Origin: Lepidodermella squamata
Taxonomy: Eukaryota > Animalia > Gastrotricha
Reading direction: 5' to 3'
NCBI GenBank assembly: GCA_047495785.1
Contig: JBLDXI010000012.1
Coordinates: forward strand, 62,001-126,000
DNA: 64,000 nucleotides
Every line of letters begins with the position of its first letter. Within the stretch, counting starts at the first letter, position 1. This document shows, piece after piece, positions 13,086 through 25,302 of the stretch. The position numbers and the translations under genes are program-made. Under the pieces are notes generated by a model. That model had not been told where the DNA came from. It saw only the letters and a list, made by a program, of their open reading frames with translations, and did not search any database.

Positions 13086-14403
13086 TTTTTGCGCTGGATT
13101 TTTGAAAATCGCAAAAACAAGAAGAAAATAGTGTCTCTCTATCTACGTGTTTTCACAGCAAATTGAATCGGCGATAGAGACAGGCGGCGAAGTCCTATGA
13201 GAGGAATAACGGTGGGATAACGGCTTAATCGACCAGAATGCTGAAATTATTATAAAGAATTTGCATTGTAGCTCTATTGATTGATATCGTGGCGATGTGC
13301 GATAATTGTTTGTGCGAGTGCGAAGCCACTAAATCAACCAGTCAGTCGTGTATTATAGAAAAATAAAAATATGGCCATCGGCTAGCCGTTTCCTGTTTAC
13401 CGAGCGTAGGAAGCGCCTGATTATCTCAATATCTTATCGAAATTTGCCATGATGAAAGTTGGATTGAGGCTTCTGATGCCCTTTAGACTGCAAGGGTCTC
13501 TTTTTGACACAGATATATACTATTTGAATTTAGCTTATAATTAGGTTAGACTAAAAATGAATCAAAAGTTCCTTCTTTCGGACCTCGAAAAAATAGGTTT
13601 AGGAATGAATCTAAAAAGCTCCGGCTGAGCTGGGAATGATAAATGATGTTAATGCCCTAGCGAGACCAAATAACTATAGGATGACAAAAATGCAACGAAA
13701 ATATGAAATAAATAAATAATTATTGTTATTAAGAGAGTAACTACGCGCTTCGTGCTTTTGTTAACACCAAACTTGTATGATCACTGGAAATTCAAATAAA
13801 GCCAAACAAGATCTTGAAAGAAAGACGTATTTGCAAAAAAATTGACTAAAAGTGATTAATTTCCAGGGTGACACAGTAAGCTGGAGGTACCAGGGTGTTT
13901 TCAAATTTCTTCCAACCTGATACCTCCAGGTATATGGAATAACTTCGATGTTAGAATCCTCTAGAATGTTGTTATCGGAAAAATCCCTGACTTGTAAAAT
14001 CGATAGTCGGAATCGATATCGGTTCTAAAAGGCCGAAGTATAACTCGGAAGTGACCGCAATGATAGCACAATACAGTGAGATAAGGAGACCCTGGAAGGA
14101 TTGGCGCTGGTAAAAATTCGTAAGGTATAAGGATCGATCGTTTGATTTTCCGATATAGAATAATGCAAGGAATGACCTTCCGATGAATCAGATATTTCAC
14201 CCTGTTGCGTATTTTTTCCGACATGTCAAATCAAAATGCGGCTCAAGAAAAGAAAACATGGGTTCGATGAAACGACATGGTAAAAATTCAGTTCTTTTGA
14301 ACCCTGAAGTCACTTTTTCTCATATTTGAAACTCTTAAAATTTCCATCACGAAGATTTTATTGAAAATAAGCACAAGTGAATTGTAACTCAAAGTATAAG
14401 TTG

Positions 14404-14763
14404 TCAGTATTTTATAGTAGATTGCCAGGGCGTATCCCTGCTTTTGCTTTTGACAATTACAGTTGATTTCTTGGCTGGATTGCCTTTGATGGGCCGATAG
14501 TTCTTCTTCGATGGCTTCAGAATCTTCACCGTATCAGTTTCATCTTCCCAAAGCCATGCTGGGTGCAGACGGAGAAGTTGCCGCTTGAACCACTTGGAAT
14601 ACACGGGATCTGATAGGTATAGATTATGACCGTCGTCCGCTCTCAACGCGACCATTTTCTCCTCTTTAAGCGGCTTTTGCTTCCGCAAACTTTCGACCAG
14701 GGGAAGCGCGATACTCAGCAGTAGTAGCGCGGAAGAGAAAAACATGTTGAAGTCTAGCTTCAT
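14404..14763 (-). CDS. Small secreted protein, SDPxY/PAW subfamily
   Basis: Signal peptide; DDGHNLYLSDPVYSKWFKRQLLRLHPAWL; basic tail. Confidence 0.85.
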   Translation of the reverse strand: MKLDFNMFFSSALLLLSIALPLVESLRKQKPLKEEKMVALRADDGHNLYLSDPVYSKWFKRQLLRLHPAWLWEDETDTVKILKPSKKNYRPIKGNPAKKSTVIVKSKSRDTPWQSTIKY

Positions 14764-15206
14764 TTTCAAAATATTGATGTTCTACTTGTTTAACAAATGT
14801 TGATTCTGCTTTTGCGGTGTTTTCTAAGGTGCCAGTCGCTAGATGCGGTGCTGGGCAAAACGTTGGCGTGTTTTTTGTCGCTACGCTTTGCGTCGGCGTT
14901 TTTACTACACCACCCCTCGACGCAGTTCAAAAAAAACTGATGAAATATTTACGAATGCTAAAATTACCCACCCTGGGATACCTCCGACCTTGACCGCCGT
15001 CTAGTTAAAGCCCACGCTTGAACTATAATGATCAATTTTCGGGTGAAAATTGTCTTGGTTTAGCGGAACCTATTGCGGAATAAAATATCGAATACTTATT
15101 AATCGGTTCTCCCAATATTTAAAAGGTTCAAAATTTTAAATTTCAAATTTTGAAATAATTAAAATTAAAATTTCAAACAAATTATAAACATGAGAATACA
15201 ATTAAT

Positions 15207-15725
15207 CGTGTTCAGACTTTTCAGCAGTGACATTTCAGCAAATGAGGGTCAAATCAGCAGCGACTTTTCATCAGTGACACTTTGTCAGTAAAAAATTCAT
15301 GAAAATCAAATTTTAGTATTAATTTGAACAATCCCTGAAGACAAGTGAGCAGTGACATTTCAGCAGCGACAAATGAGCAAGTGACAGTTCATCAATTTTT
15401 ATTTATTAATCTTGGGCATTGAACTTGCACTTTTTGCGAGCTCAACTTCAATGTAGCGCATAGTTCCCCAGCTTAGTATAGCTAAACTTCTCATGATGAA
15501 ATGTCTCCGCTGAAATGTCACTGCGCAAATGTCATTGAGATAAAAATAATAAATTTGAAAAAACATGTGGAAAATTAACAAAAATCACCGCTGACTTGTC
15601 ACTGATGATTTGTCACTGCGCAAATGTCGCAGCTGAAATGTCACTGCTCATTTTTCACTGATGAAAAGTCGCTGCTCATTTGACCCTCATTTGCTGAAAT
15701 GTCACTGCTGAAAAGTCGTACAACC
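15207..15725. mobile_element. Non-autonomous foldback/MITE element with modular inverted repeats
   Basis: About 65-bp terminal inverted repeats (GACTTTTCAGCAGTGACATTTCAGC...) and internal copies of CAGTGACATTT. Flanks ACAATTAAT/AAAATTAAT fit a 9-bp target-site duplication with one mismatch (Mutator-like). Confidence 0.75.
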
Positions 15726-15968
15726 AAAATTAATAAATAAAAAATATTCAAGTAAATTAATAATAATAATAATAATCGACAGTTTTATCACAAGATTCAC
15801 GGTTTTAAAATTCACAACCTGAACGACAACATAATTTTTCGTACAATGAAAAGGCATTTATTGAATTTAAAGCATCGGGAATTTTATTTTAAAATTAAAC
15901 CGGGAGGCATGGTACTACGAAATAATTGCAGATAAATTAAAAAAACGTTCTAAAATCTAACAATAGAT

Positions 15969-16562
15969 TTATGACCGTAAACTTGGCGGCAGGACATCTC
16001 GGACGGGCGGCTTCCTCGCCATCTTCCTTAATTGCTTAGTTTGATTAGGATCCTGCACCTGATCTTCTTCGTCTAAATCTTCCGCGGAACGGCTGTCCAG
16101 GGATAGATACCAAGGCAGACCTTTATGGTGAACCTTTCGCCGCGGGTTCCTAGCCAGGTAACTTTGGTCCCGAATCATTTGGGCATACGTCTCGTCGTCT
16201 CGGCTCTGAGCATTTCGAACATGATCGCCTTCAGTTTTCCCATATTTCTTCCCAGTTCTGAACTCGATGACGTTTTTCGGCTGTAATAAGTCTTTCTCCT
16301 TCTCCCGAGCAACTTCGACTTTAGCCTTCACCTTGACCACATGCGGCTTCAGCACAACTCGGATAAAATCGTCAGCATTACTCAGGAACCACTCGCGATC
16401 GTGCTTATCGCGAAGCTGCTTCCTCAGGTACCACTTCATGTAATACGGGTCGCTTTGGTCGAAATAAACCGAACTTTCATCACCAGCAACACGGCCGTTA
16501 TGCGCCAGAGCAGTGTAGGGAAGAAGAAGGGCTAGACTAGTAAAAATATGCGAAGCAATCAT
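15969..16562 (-). CDS. Secreted protein (197 aa), SDPxY subfamily
   Basis: Signal peptide; SDPYYMKWYLRKQL; intronless; no Cys. Confidence 0.85.
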   Translation of the reverse strand: MIASHIFTSLALLLPYTALAHNGRVAGDESSVYFDQSDPYYMKWYLRKQLRDKHDREWFLSNADDFIRVVLKPHVVKVKAKVEVAREKEKDLLQPKNVIEFRTGKKYGKTEGDHVRNAQSRDDETYAQMIRDQSYLARNPRRKVHHKGLPWYLSLDSRSAEDLDEEDQVQDPNQTKQLRKMARKPPVRDVLPPSLRS

Positions 16563-16963
16563 CTGATATATTATTTCGCCGTATGCGAAATGACAAAGTG
16601 TTTAGCGTAGTTTTATGCGCCTCAGTGCAATCTAAAATCCAGAGCGCCCACTCTCTTGGAAAATTAAAATTAATGCTTGATGACGCCGAATTGATTTTTT
16701 AACGACTCATTAACTTCATAAACACAAGTTGGAATTGACCTGCTTTATCGATGATGAAAGATGAGATTATCAGGAGCTTCAACTTCTTTCTATTATTAGG
16801 CACGTTTTTCCCTTCAGATAATCAGCTTATCCGTAGTTTTAATTAAGGATGAACACGTGCTTTATTTTATTTTCGCTAAATAGACTTCGGTTAAGCTCCC
16901 TCAATAGGTCTGACGTTTATGTGACACAAAAATGGCTGAACTTTAATATTGCGTTTATCATAA

Positions 16964-17329
16964 CTAATTTCCAACAGACTTGAACACAATTCTTGGTACT
17001 AAGTGGCTTTTCTTTGTCACAGCGTTTATAATTTGCCTAGTGTACAGGTCCAGGTTGATTTTACTTCGTGGAGGTCCGCTTTTCGACTGGACCCTTCTGA
17101 ATGCTTGCTTGTACCATCTCCTATCATTCGGATTCAGCCAATATAGGGAGTGAATGGATCCGCCGACTCTTAACGATCCCATTGTCTGCTTGCTAAGGTC
17201 CATTAGGCGGTACTGAGATACTTTTGGCCGAGGTTCGGGCTCGTCTTGGTAGAGACCAGCGAGGCGATATGCACCGATGATTTCAACGAGATCCAGCAGG
17301 ATGAAACAAATGATGCAAAATAACTTCAT
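16964..17329 (-). CDS. Small secreted protein, distant SDPxY subfamily member
   Basis: Signal peptide; IHSLYWLNPNDRRWYKQAFRR. Confidence 0.8.
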   Translation of the reverse strand: MKLFCIICFILLDLVEIIGAYRLAGLYQDEPEPRPKVSQYRLMDLSKQTMGSLRVGGSIHSLYWLNPNDRRWYKQAFRRVQSKSGPPRSKINLDLYTRQIINAVTKKSHLVPRIVFKSVGN

Positions 17330-18256
17330 GGCTGATATAAATCGCCACAGGTTGAATTCTCTTATTATATATACTAATAAAAGCAGTAAAAAATAGATTT
17401 ACTACGTTATTTCGGATGCACTCTACAAACAAGATGATGACACTACGCGTTATGACTAACTAAATCCGCTACTACGCAAAGAAATGAATCAAACTACCTT
17501 ATAAATTATTCAATCGACTGAACAGAACATTTTCCGACTGAACAGAGAGAGGAAAATGTTCTGTCTGTGTTGTAAAAAAACTTGTTGTCAAATTTGTTCA
17601 AGGTTTCAACTAAGTTGAAGCTGGCTAATTTACGTCACGTTTTCGAAATTCGAGGGTCTTGTTTCGCACTTCTATCTTGCTGAATTTCAGTATTTTGGTC
17701 GGCTCGAAATCGTCGGATTAGCTATATGCTATCACCCCAGACAGAAATGATGTCAGTTTGACAGGACGTCGGGGGAGAAATGAAACATTTGCCGAATTTT
17801 TCAGCAAATCGCGATAAACTTGAAAAGGAACGATTCCTATAACCGTGAACCGGTTATCAGCCAGATTTTGAATATTCAAGTTTCACACCTCTCGGATGCT
17901 TTCATCCACCTTAAAAGACGAGCGCCACACTTTTAGTCGCAATAAAAAATGAAAAAATATCTCAGATTACCCCAACAAAATTGGCTCGCTGTGTGGGCAG
18001 GGTAACTTTGGATACTGTTTCCTCGCAGTTGAATAGATTTGCAACGGCAGAGGACAAAATAAAGGGGTTTATTGCATTAAATGTCCCGTGTGTTTTAAGC
18101 TTTCGAATGCTGTGAGGTCGGTAAGTATTGCGTTCATAATTTATGTTGAAGAAATTACATAAGCAGTGCAATCTGCGATGTTGATTTGGGACCCTTCGTA
18201 TCTCCTTAAAAACATATCAGCTCGGATCAAAATTTGACATGGGCATTCCAATATTA

Positions 18257-19204
18257 CCTCAATTCCGGGCCCATATTAGTTCCGTCCGGCCCCCAAGCGT
18301 TGGTTGCGCAATTGGAGGGTAAAAGTGGACTTAGCGCAAAACGCCAAGTCGAAATTTTAAACAACATGTTGGCCGCGCGCGCTGATGTCAAAGGGCTATT
18401 TTCGAATATCCTAGCGGTTTTTATTCCAAAATGAAGCTTAACTAATTCTCTATCAAATGAATATGGGTTTCTGGCGAGAGAAATTTGAATTAACAGGTTT
18501 TACGAGCACTCCAACTTTTCATTTACGCGTGTGCACGTTCCTGGTCAACGCGCAAAATTTTAGGTGCACGTAAAACTTTTTATTTTAATTTTTTCGAGCG
18601 AGAACCCCATATTCAATCGATAGAGAATTGTCTGAATTATTTTTTGGTATAAAAACCGACGCGATATTTCAAAGTAACCCTTTAGCATCTTTGCGCGCGG
18701 TTTTAAATTTGTTAAAAATAATTCAACTTATGCGCAAAAGCCAAGTCCTGATTTTTAACAAACTTAAAACCGCGCGCAAAGATGCTAAAGGGTTACTTTG
18801 AAATATCGCGTCGGTTTTTATACTAAAAAATAATTCAGACAATTCTCTATCGATTGAATATGGGGTTCTCGCTCGAAAAAATTAAAATATAAAAGTTTTA
18901 CGTGCACCTAAAATTTTGCGCGCGAGTTGAGAGCGCGCGCACTCGCGTCTCAAAAGTTAGGATGTGCGGTAACCGTTTTTTCGTTCATTTTTCACGCGAG
19001 AAATCCATATCTATTCTATAGAGAATTTTCTGAACTTTCTTTTGGTATAAAAACCGCCTAAATAATCAAAACTTGCCCTTTGACTTTACCGCACGCGGCC
19101 TTGAAATTTCTAAAAATTTCGACTTTTGCGCGTTTTGCGCGTTTTGCGCTAAGTCCACTTTTACCCTCCGACTGCACGGAACTAATATGGGCCCGGAATT
19201 GAGC
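18257..19204. mobile_element. Foldback/Mutator-like non-autonomous element with an exact 9-bp target-site duplication
   Basis: TIR CTCAATTCCGGGCCCATATTAGTTCCGT at both ends. CCAATATTA occurs at 18248-18256 and 19205-19213. Central near-perfect inverted arms of about 170 bp (about 18550-18720 / 18750-18922). Confidence 0.85.
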
Positions 19205-19494
19205 CCAATATTATCAATCTCAGCAGGTGTCCGCATGGCGTTCAGGTGCCAAATCGGATAATTTTGGACTGTATAAATTGAAAAAATGTAGAATCACACA
19301 CTGCTATTGCATTGCGATTGAGCGTCCGATATTACCCTCTAATTTTTCAAATGTGAGACATAGCTCTAATAAACTGAAAATTCCCAATCCCATTCCGTAT
19401 GCAATTGAGCGTTTCCAGATTTGCCCGATAATTGTCCAAGTCATAACTGTTTCAGTAAAAAACGAATTGAGTATAGCGATGAAATCTTATTATT

Positions 19495-19830
19495 AAGGCG
19501 TGACGTTTCGGTACGCTCTCGTACCTTATCATCAGACTAGAAACTAGAAGTATAGAAGAAAAACAACAAAATTAAAATCACAACAAAGAAAAAGTAAAAC
19601 AAGAAATAAGAATTAAAATAATTTTAATTTGACGGAGTCCGACTGCACATTGAGGCTGATTTTTAGTTTGGTCTTTTTGATCAGCAGGCTCTCGTGCAAG
19701 AGGGCATCCCACCTGTTATGACCCTTGCGTAGAATCGTGAAACAGTTGTGCAAATTAAAATCATTCCTCAGCTCATGGGTCTTCGCGCGCACATGACGCA
19801 GTTTGAAAAGTTCAGATCTGAGGGTCACCC
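19495..19830 (-). mobile_element. 3' remnant of a Penelope-like retroelement (GIY-YIG C-terminus plus pseudo-LTR)
   Basis: ORF ends FTIL...LLHESLLIKK...LNVQSDSVKLKLF*, typical of PLE GIY-YIG ends, and is followed by a hammerhead-like core. Confidence 0.75.
19499..19540 (-). ncRNA. Hammerhead-ribozyme-like core (weak helix I)
   Basis: Minus strand: CTGATGA-taa-GGTACG(agag)CGTACC-GAAAC-GTC. Helix I is only about 2 bp. Confidence 0.55.
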
Positions 19831-19847
19831 TTAAAAATCAATACATA

Positions 19848-20312
19848 CCGTATTTACTTGAATAAAGGCCGCGGCGATTATTTTCCTAATTTTTCAGTAA
19901 AGGTAAAAAAACGCGGCGATTAATCGAGTGCGGTCTTTATTCGCGTGCGGCCTTTATTTTCCTCTCTTAGCCAAAAAACGATTTTTTCAAATGTAACCTC
20001 AAATGTAACCGACAACTTCGGGCAGTTCAATAGAATCTCTCGCGCTTTATTCTTCATCATGTTGCGGCTGACACGTATTTTGCGCGCGCGCATGCTTCTT
20101 ACCCACTCTACCAACTTGAATATTTGAAAATTGAAAAAAATAATTAAACATTTTCACCTCTCGCGATGATGCTGTGCCGCGCGTGTTAGAGCTGCGCTGA
20201 TTAATCGCGTGCGGCCTTTATTTCGATTGTTTTTTTTAAATAACACAATTTTGCGGCGATTATTCGCATGCGGCCTTTATTCGGAATGCGGCCTTTATTC
20301 AAGTAAATACGG
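19848..20312 (-). mobile_element. Internally deleted pogo/Tigger-like (Tc1-mariner) DNA transposon
   Basis: TIR CCGTATTTACTTGAATAAAGGCCGC with TA on both flanks. Internal fragment EWVRSMRARKIRVSRNMMKNKAREI resembles a CENP-B-type HTH. Confidence 0.8.
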
Positions 20313-20692
20313 TATATCATTGTTGAAGGTTTTCGAAAATCACAGAAAATCATGAACAATTTATCCAAGTTCGCTCCAAGTATCAAAAGGTAGCTCTTGG
20401 TATGACGAATTTACTTTCGTTCGATTTAATTCTCTCCGAATCAGTTTTCACAGTTTATTTCCGAATGCGAAAACTTCTTTCCCAATTCTTAACCAGTTCT
20501 TTCATTATTTAAATTTTGAAAAAAATATTAACGCGTTCCTCTTGAAGAGATCTATCAGATGGCATTTGAATCTTTCTCATGCGACCTTCAATTGCGGAGA
20601 AATCAATCGTTGAAATTTTGAATTTTTCGATTTTTGGACTCCAAGAAATTGATGAATCAGCCGACCATATTGGCGCCCATTGCGTTACACTC

Positions 20693-21124
20693 CTTTTCTC
20701 GTGAGTAGTCAGTCTATACCATAGACATAATTTAAGATAGACTGACTACTCACGAGAAAAGAACGGAACACCATGGCTCGGCTGGGGGTGAGCTTCCTTT
20801 TGAGCCCAAGTTTGACCTTCAACGATTTTTTACTGAATTGTAAAACATTATTGAGGATTCTCGGTAGGAAAATACCATTACTTTTAATTTGGACACCTAA
20901 GCCTCTAGCCACACATGTGATTCACGCGCAAGGTTCACGCCGTAGTCTGGTTCAGATTCATGCGCATGAATCATGTGTTTCTTTGCTAACAAGCGAAAAG
21001 TAATGGTATTTTCCCACCGAGAATCCTCAATAATGTTTTAAAATTCAGTAAAAAATCGTTGAAGGTCAAACTTGGGCTCAAAAGGAAGCTCACCCCCATG
21101 GTCTATACTGATATTATGTATATG
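20693..21124. mobile_element. Composite palindromic MITE-like element(s)
   Basis: Perfect 25-bp hairpin at 20693-20761. CATA.ACATAAT-type inverted ends at 20720 and 21124. Inner inverted arms of about 100 bp at 20784-20885 / 20996-21097. Confidence 0.65.
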
Positions 21125-21270
21125 CTTGTGACTTATTGGTTAAGCTCGTGACTGGTTTTGGAAGAGGTCCTGAGTTCGATTCCCAGCTCGCAACGTAAGT
21201 TTTCTCAAAAGAGAAATTCTCGGCCCCAAGCCTCGGTTCACGTGGACAGCAGGCTAATAAGTATCACATA
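21125..21270 (+). mobile_element. tRNA-derived SINE head (degenerate)
   Basis: A-box-like TGGTTAAG and B-box/T-arm CTGAGTTCGATTCCCAG at tRNA spacing, without a complete cloverleaf. Confidence 0.5.
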
Positions 21271-24194
21271 TAGGGGGTACATATAATATCACTGGATATT
21301 TCTGGCGTAGTAAAACACCACCGCCTCGTTGCATATATACCACTTTTGCCATGACATTCAGCCACGCATGTGTTTTATCACCTGCAAATATTTCTTCAGC
21401 AACATAACACATTAATAATAGTAATGCATAGCTAAAGTAGGCTGATATGCATCAACGCGTATGTGCGCAAAGTGACCTGTAATCACTGAAAGCGGCTGTA
21501 ATAACGATACCGCGCCACAAAGTCATCGACGTTTCGCTTAATCATCATCATATATTTCTTATCTACGTGCACTGAGCTATGCCTTCGGTACCGAGAAGAA
21601 ACTCTTGTTATACAGCACATCGAAAAACTATATAGCGTTTTCTTAAATATATTAGGAAAAAGAACCTCTGATTAGGAATATTAAAGTAAATACCAATAAC
21701 TTTTTATCATACTTTTATCATTTTGTTTATTGTTTTGCAGTGCCTTGGTGTAGAATTCCCCCAAGTCTGATAAAATTCGGCGACTCATTTTTGTAACATG
21801 GAAGCCGCGATAAAAACAAGCAATAAACGCTGCGATGGTGGTTTCACTCGGTTATTGCATCAGCGCAGGACACCGCATATTATGTGTGAGCCTCGAAAAA
21901 CAAAGCTGACATTCATTCAGAATTTTTTCACGCAGTAAAATGCGACCAGGCAATCTTCAAAAATGTTGGACAATCTTTCTCATTTCTCTGTCTTTCTAAC
22001 TAACGCCCAAGAGGGCGAACTCAATAAAAATTTACGTTGAGTAACACGTAACATATTTTTCTGCACCATTTTAGCAACCATCGGTTCCGCTCCTTAGCCA
22101 ACTGCCCCGCCAACAACAGTTCCCACCAATAGGTTAGTGCTGTCCCCTTCCATGGCCGCAGTCCGCCCCGATAGGGCCCGGGCTGTGCTCAGGTACCGGT
22201 CCCTGGCCGATACCTGCGCCGAACCCCAGCTCCGCCCCATGTCATGCAGGTCGTAGCCCCCCAAGTTCTTGGCCTCCCAACCAGTTTTACTTTCGGTACC
22301 CTGGCTGTCGTCGTTCGACCGTCCTTGCGGCTTTGGGCAGAACGAGTCAGATAGCGGCAAGAGTTACCGGTGGCTACTTTGTAGATGAATATCCGAGGCT
22401 ATCGCTTATAGCAGGAACAAAAAGGACCTTCAAAAAGGACAAGGCTTAATTTAATTGATCCTTAATTTTTATCAGAGGCTTTCCTTTCTGGAATCGCCAC
22501 CGCCATGAGTTTTTCATTTTTGTGCCTGACCGTGAAATCTTTTCCCAATTTCTATTACTAGTGTTTATTCCTCAAACAGTTTGCTAATTCAATCACTCGA
22601 CTAACATTATTTTCGCCCTACACAGAAATGGGGGTGAGTACCACATTTTTCACGATAATTGCTGAGTATTGCTGAGGTGATGCGGGTCTAAGATATCCGC
22701 CGCCAGCTTTCTGATTATCATTGCTAAAATTTCCCAATTTCAGAAAACTTCGTCGAAGCGACAAAATTCGAATGGAAAGTCGATCAAGGCGGCACACGTG
22801 AAAGCAAATGATCTGAGGAAGTAAGTTCCTGGTCCTCACCAACCGGAATCGAAATCATATTTTCTTCATGAACATTGCTTATAGGAGGATGCTCGCAAAG
22901 TTGTTAGTTGCGCGTTTACGGCCCGAAACACTCAACGAAGAATTGAAAAAGGGCGACAGTGCAGTTCAGGCCGACGAATTCGAGAATCAGGCGTTTCAGG
23001 CCGCCACGTTCTCGCCACTTCAAAGCATATTACCCGATGCCGGGCAAGATGGCAATCAGCCACTGGAAGCCATAGTGCATGATCCTGATATGGATGTGTG
23101 GATGAAACAAGATGAAGATGACGATGATGGCTCGTCGGTCGATGCTAGTCAAGACGAGGATGACGATGTCATTTATCTAGCCAAATAATCATATCAAATC
23201 AAACAATCAGACATGAGACATAATAACCGGTAACGTGAGACCTGTGATTGAGAAGGGCATCACCTGCGAATTAAGTATTCGGAACGCGTGCCGTTGGTGC
23301 ACACGCGTTGACACCGTGCTGAAATGTACGCTAATAGAATATAATTATAATAATATTTCATTCAATAGTAATTCACTAATAACTCTCACTCGTGTCTCAT
23401 CGTTTACATCCATTATATCTTACTCATAGAACATAGTTGATATTTCTCTATTTACCTCGCCTCGCATTCATAACATGCCTTCATCTCGGTCTCTGAGATC
23501 GTAAATACAGCTCTCATGTAGCTCTCATTTTAATTTTGTAAAATATACTAAAAACATTGCCTGTGAACTAGAAAAATATACTATATCGGTGGTGAGGCGC
23601 CTCGGCCCTTTTTAATTGCTAAACGTAGCGAGACAAATTGCAACAATAAATCAGTGTATCAGTGTATCGGTCACCCGAGTATGCTATTCCGTCATTGCCA
23701 TTTGCTATAATTATCATGTAACAATGTATAATATTGCAGGCCTACGTGAGGGATTGGCGCTCCCGTTGGTCTCCCGCCCGCCAAGGCGAAGATCGGTCCA
23801 GCGGCGGTCCTGGTTGAGGAAGCGAGAGCGGTAGTTCAAGCACGTGGTGTCACTCCAGCAGGGTCTGGCGCAGCCGGCGCGCCAAGCGGTTTGGTGATTC
23901 CGCCTTCGGCCTCGCCGTCCGCTGCCTCACAAGCCAAGCCGAGTTCCAGGTCAAGTTGTACGCTTGTCGGCGCCAGGGAACACCGCACAGCTCAACCAGC
24001 AGCGGAACCGTAACCGTGACCAATTTCGCCGCTAGCGACCCAATCAGGCGTATCAACAACAGCCCTACCAACAATCACACCAGCGACAGCAGCAGCCTCA
24101 GCAGCAATACCATTTTCAACACAACAACCGCCGCAGAATGCACCGCCGCACACGTTTCACAACGCGCCCAATTTGTTTCCAATGAAAGTCGAAA

Positions 24195-24630
24195 TATGAA
24201 TACACGCAAATTTACAACGGGAAGGCACGCAGAAGAACGGATGGATGAGCATGTCGGAGGAGCGGCTAAATTGGATGGCTCACCTATGGGGCGTCATTTT
24301 GCTTTGAAACATCCTGGGACTGTGCAAATCCAACGCAATGGAAACAAAATCAGCTGAGGCCGTGTTCATACAAATCCAGAAATTAACATAATGATGAATC
24401 GCTTAGAAAATGAGAAAAAGCTAGCTATAAGGGGATCAAAGTAAATTCTGATAAGGTAGAGAAATAACCTAACTTGATTGTCTTGATACCTATAGTTGTG
24501 CTTGAATTTTTGGTGAAGACTTCTGGTTGTGTGATGTTCTTTTTGATACTAAATATGTTTTAACCTTTGTTGTTTTGCCCTGATGATGATGCTTTTGCAT
24601 CGAAACGTCGGCGTTTTTATTTAATAAAAT
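24195..24630 (+). mobile_element. Second Penelope-like retroelement 3' remnant
   Basis: Degenerate GIY-YIG end (TGRHAEERMDEH...SPMGRHFALKH...AEAVFI..NPEIN), then a hammerhead and AATAAA. Confidence 0.7.
24576..24613 (+). ncRNA. Minimal type I hammerhead ribozyme (PLE type)
   Basis: tGCC-CTGATGA-t-GATGC(tttt)GCATC-GAAAC-GTC-GGCg: helix I GCC/GGC, 5-bp helix II, palindromic ACGT in place of helix III, GUC triplet. Confidence 0.75.
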
Positions 24631-24870
24631 TTCACCGTGGTGATCCCAAAAATCGGAAAATTTTGCGGTAAATTCCTGAATAATTTTGCCCACCTTTGGT
24701 GAATATATCAGAAATTACGGAGCGAAGATTGATTTTTAACGTTCGTAAAACACGTATTGTCCAAAGATTTGTTACGGTAATTAAGAAGTGAGGACATTTT
24801 TTTATTTGAAGATCACATAATATGCATAAATGGAGCTGTGAGAAAACCGTGTCGATTTTCAACTTTCAAG

Positions 24871-25089
24871 TCATTTTCCGACCAACCATGCAGGATAGCG
24901 TTGACCATATTGCCGCATTCGCGAGTAGTCCCTTTCTGTGTTGACTGGAAAAATGTCCGGGTCGACGGGATTATAATTCGATGACATCGCCTCCTCTTGC
25001 TCTTCCACGGAGAGGCGCGTGGCTACAACACATTCCAAGGCGAAAAGAGCCAGGCTGAGGCAAAGAAATAATCTTGCGTTTGAATGCAT
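24871..25089 (-). CDS. Small secreted peptide precursor, YPAW subfamily, possible amidation (GK end)
   Basis: Signal peptide; acidic spacer; ends QRYPAWLVGK. Confidence 0.85.
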   Translation of the reverse strand: MHSNARLFLCLSLALFALECVVATRLSVEEQEEAMSSNYNPVDPDIFPVNTERDYSRMRQYGQRYPAWLVGK

Positions 25090-25302
25090 TGCTTTTATTA
25101 TAATAACATAAATTTTCGCTTACGAGCTATAAAAGCAAGTACATCAAGTCGTTTTTACAAACAAGAATCAGTCGTTTGACACAATCCCTCAGGATCTGCG
25201 CGAAGTTTTCGTACCGACTTGAAGGATATTAAACATGCCGAATCGAATTCTTAATATCCGGCGGTGCGTAGTTGTAGTCACAGAGCAAATAATTTATATG
25301 AC

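Noticed and set aside
21125-21200. Possible tRNA gene
   Set aside because: A and B boxes are present but the acceptor and anticodon stems do not pair; treated as a SINE head.
21525-21552. Third hammerhead-like sequence on the minus strand (TGATGA...GAAACGTC)
   Set aside because: Lacks the conserved C of CUGA and has no convincing helix II.
21740-24170. GC-richer exon-like pieces, including acidic ORF 22868-23188 and Pro/Ala/Gln-rich frames at 23740-24170
   Set aside because: No consistent spliced frame or recognisable domain; probably TE cargo or a decayed gene, but not supportable.
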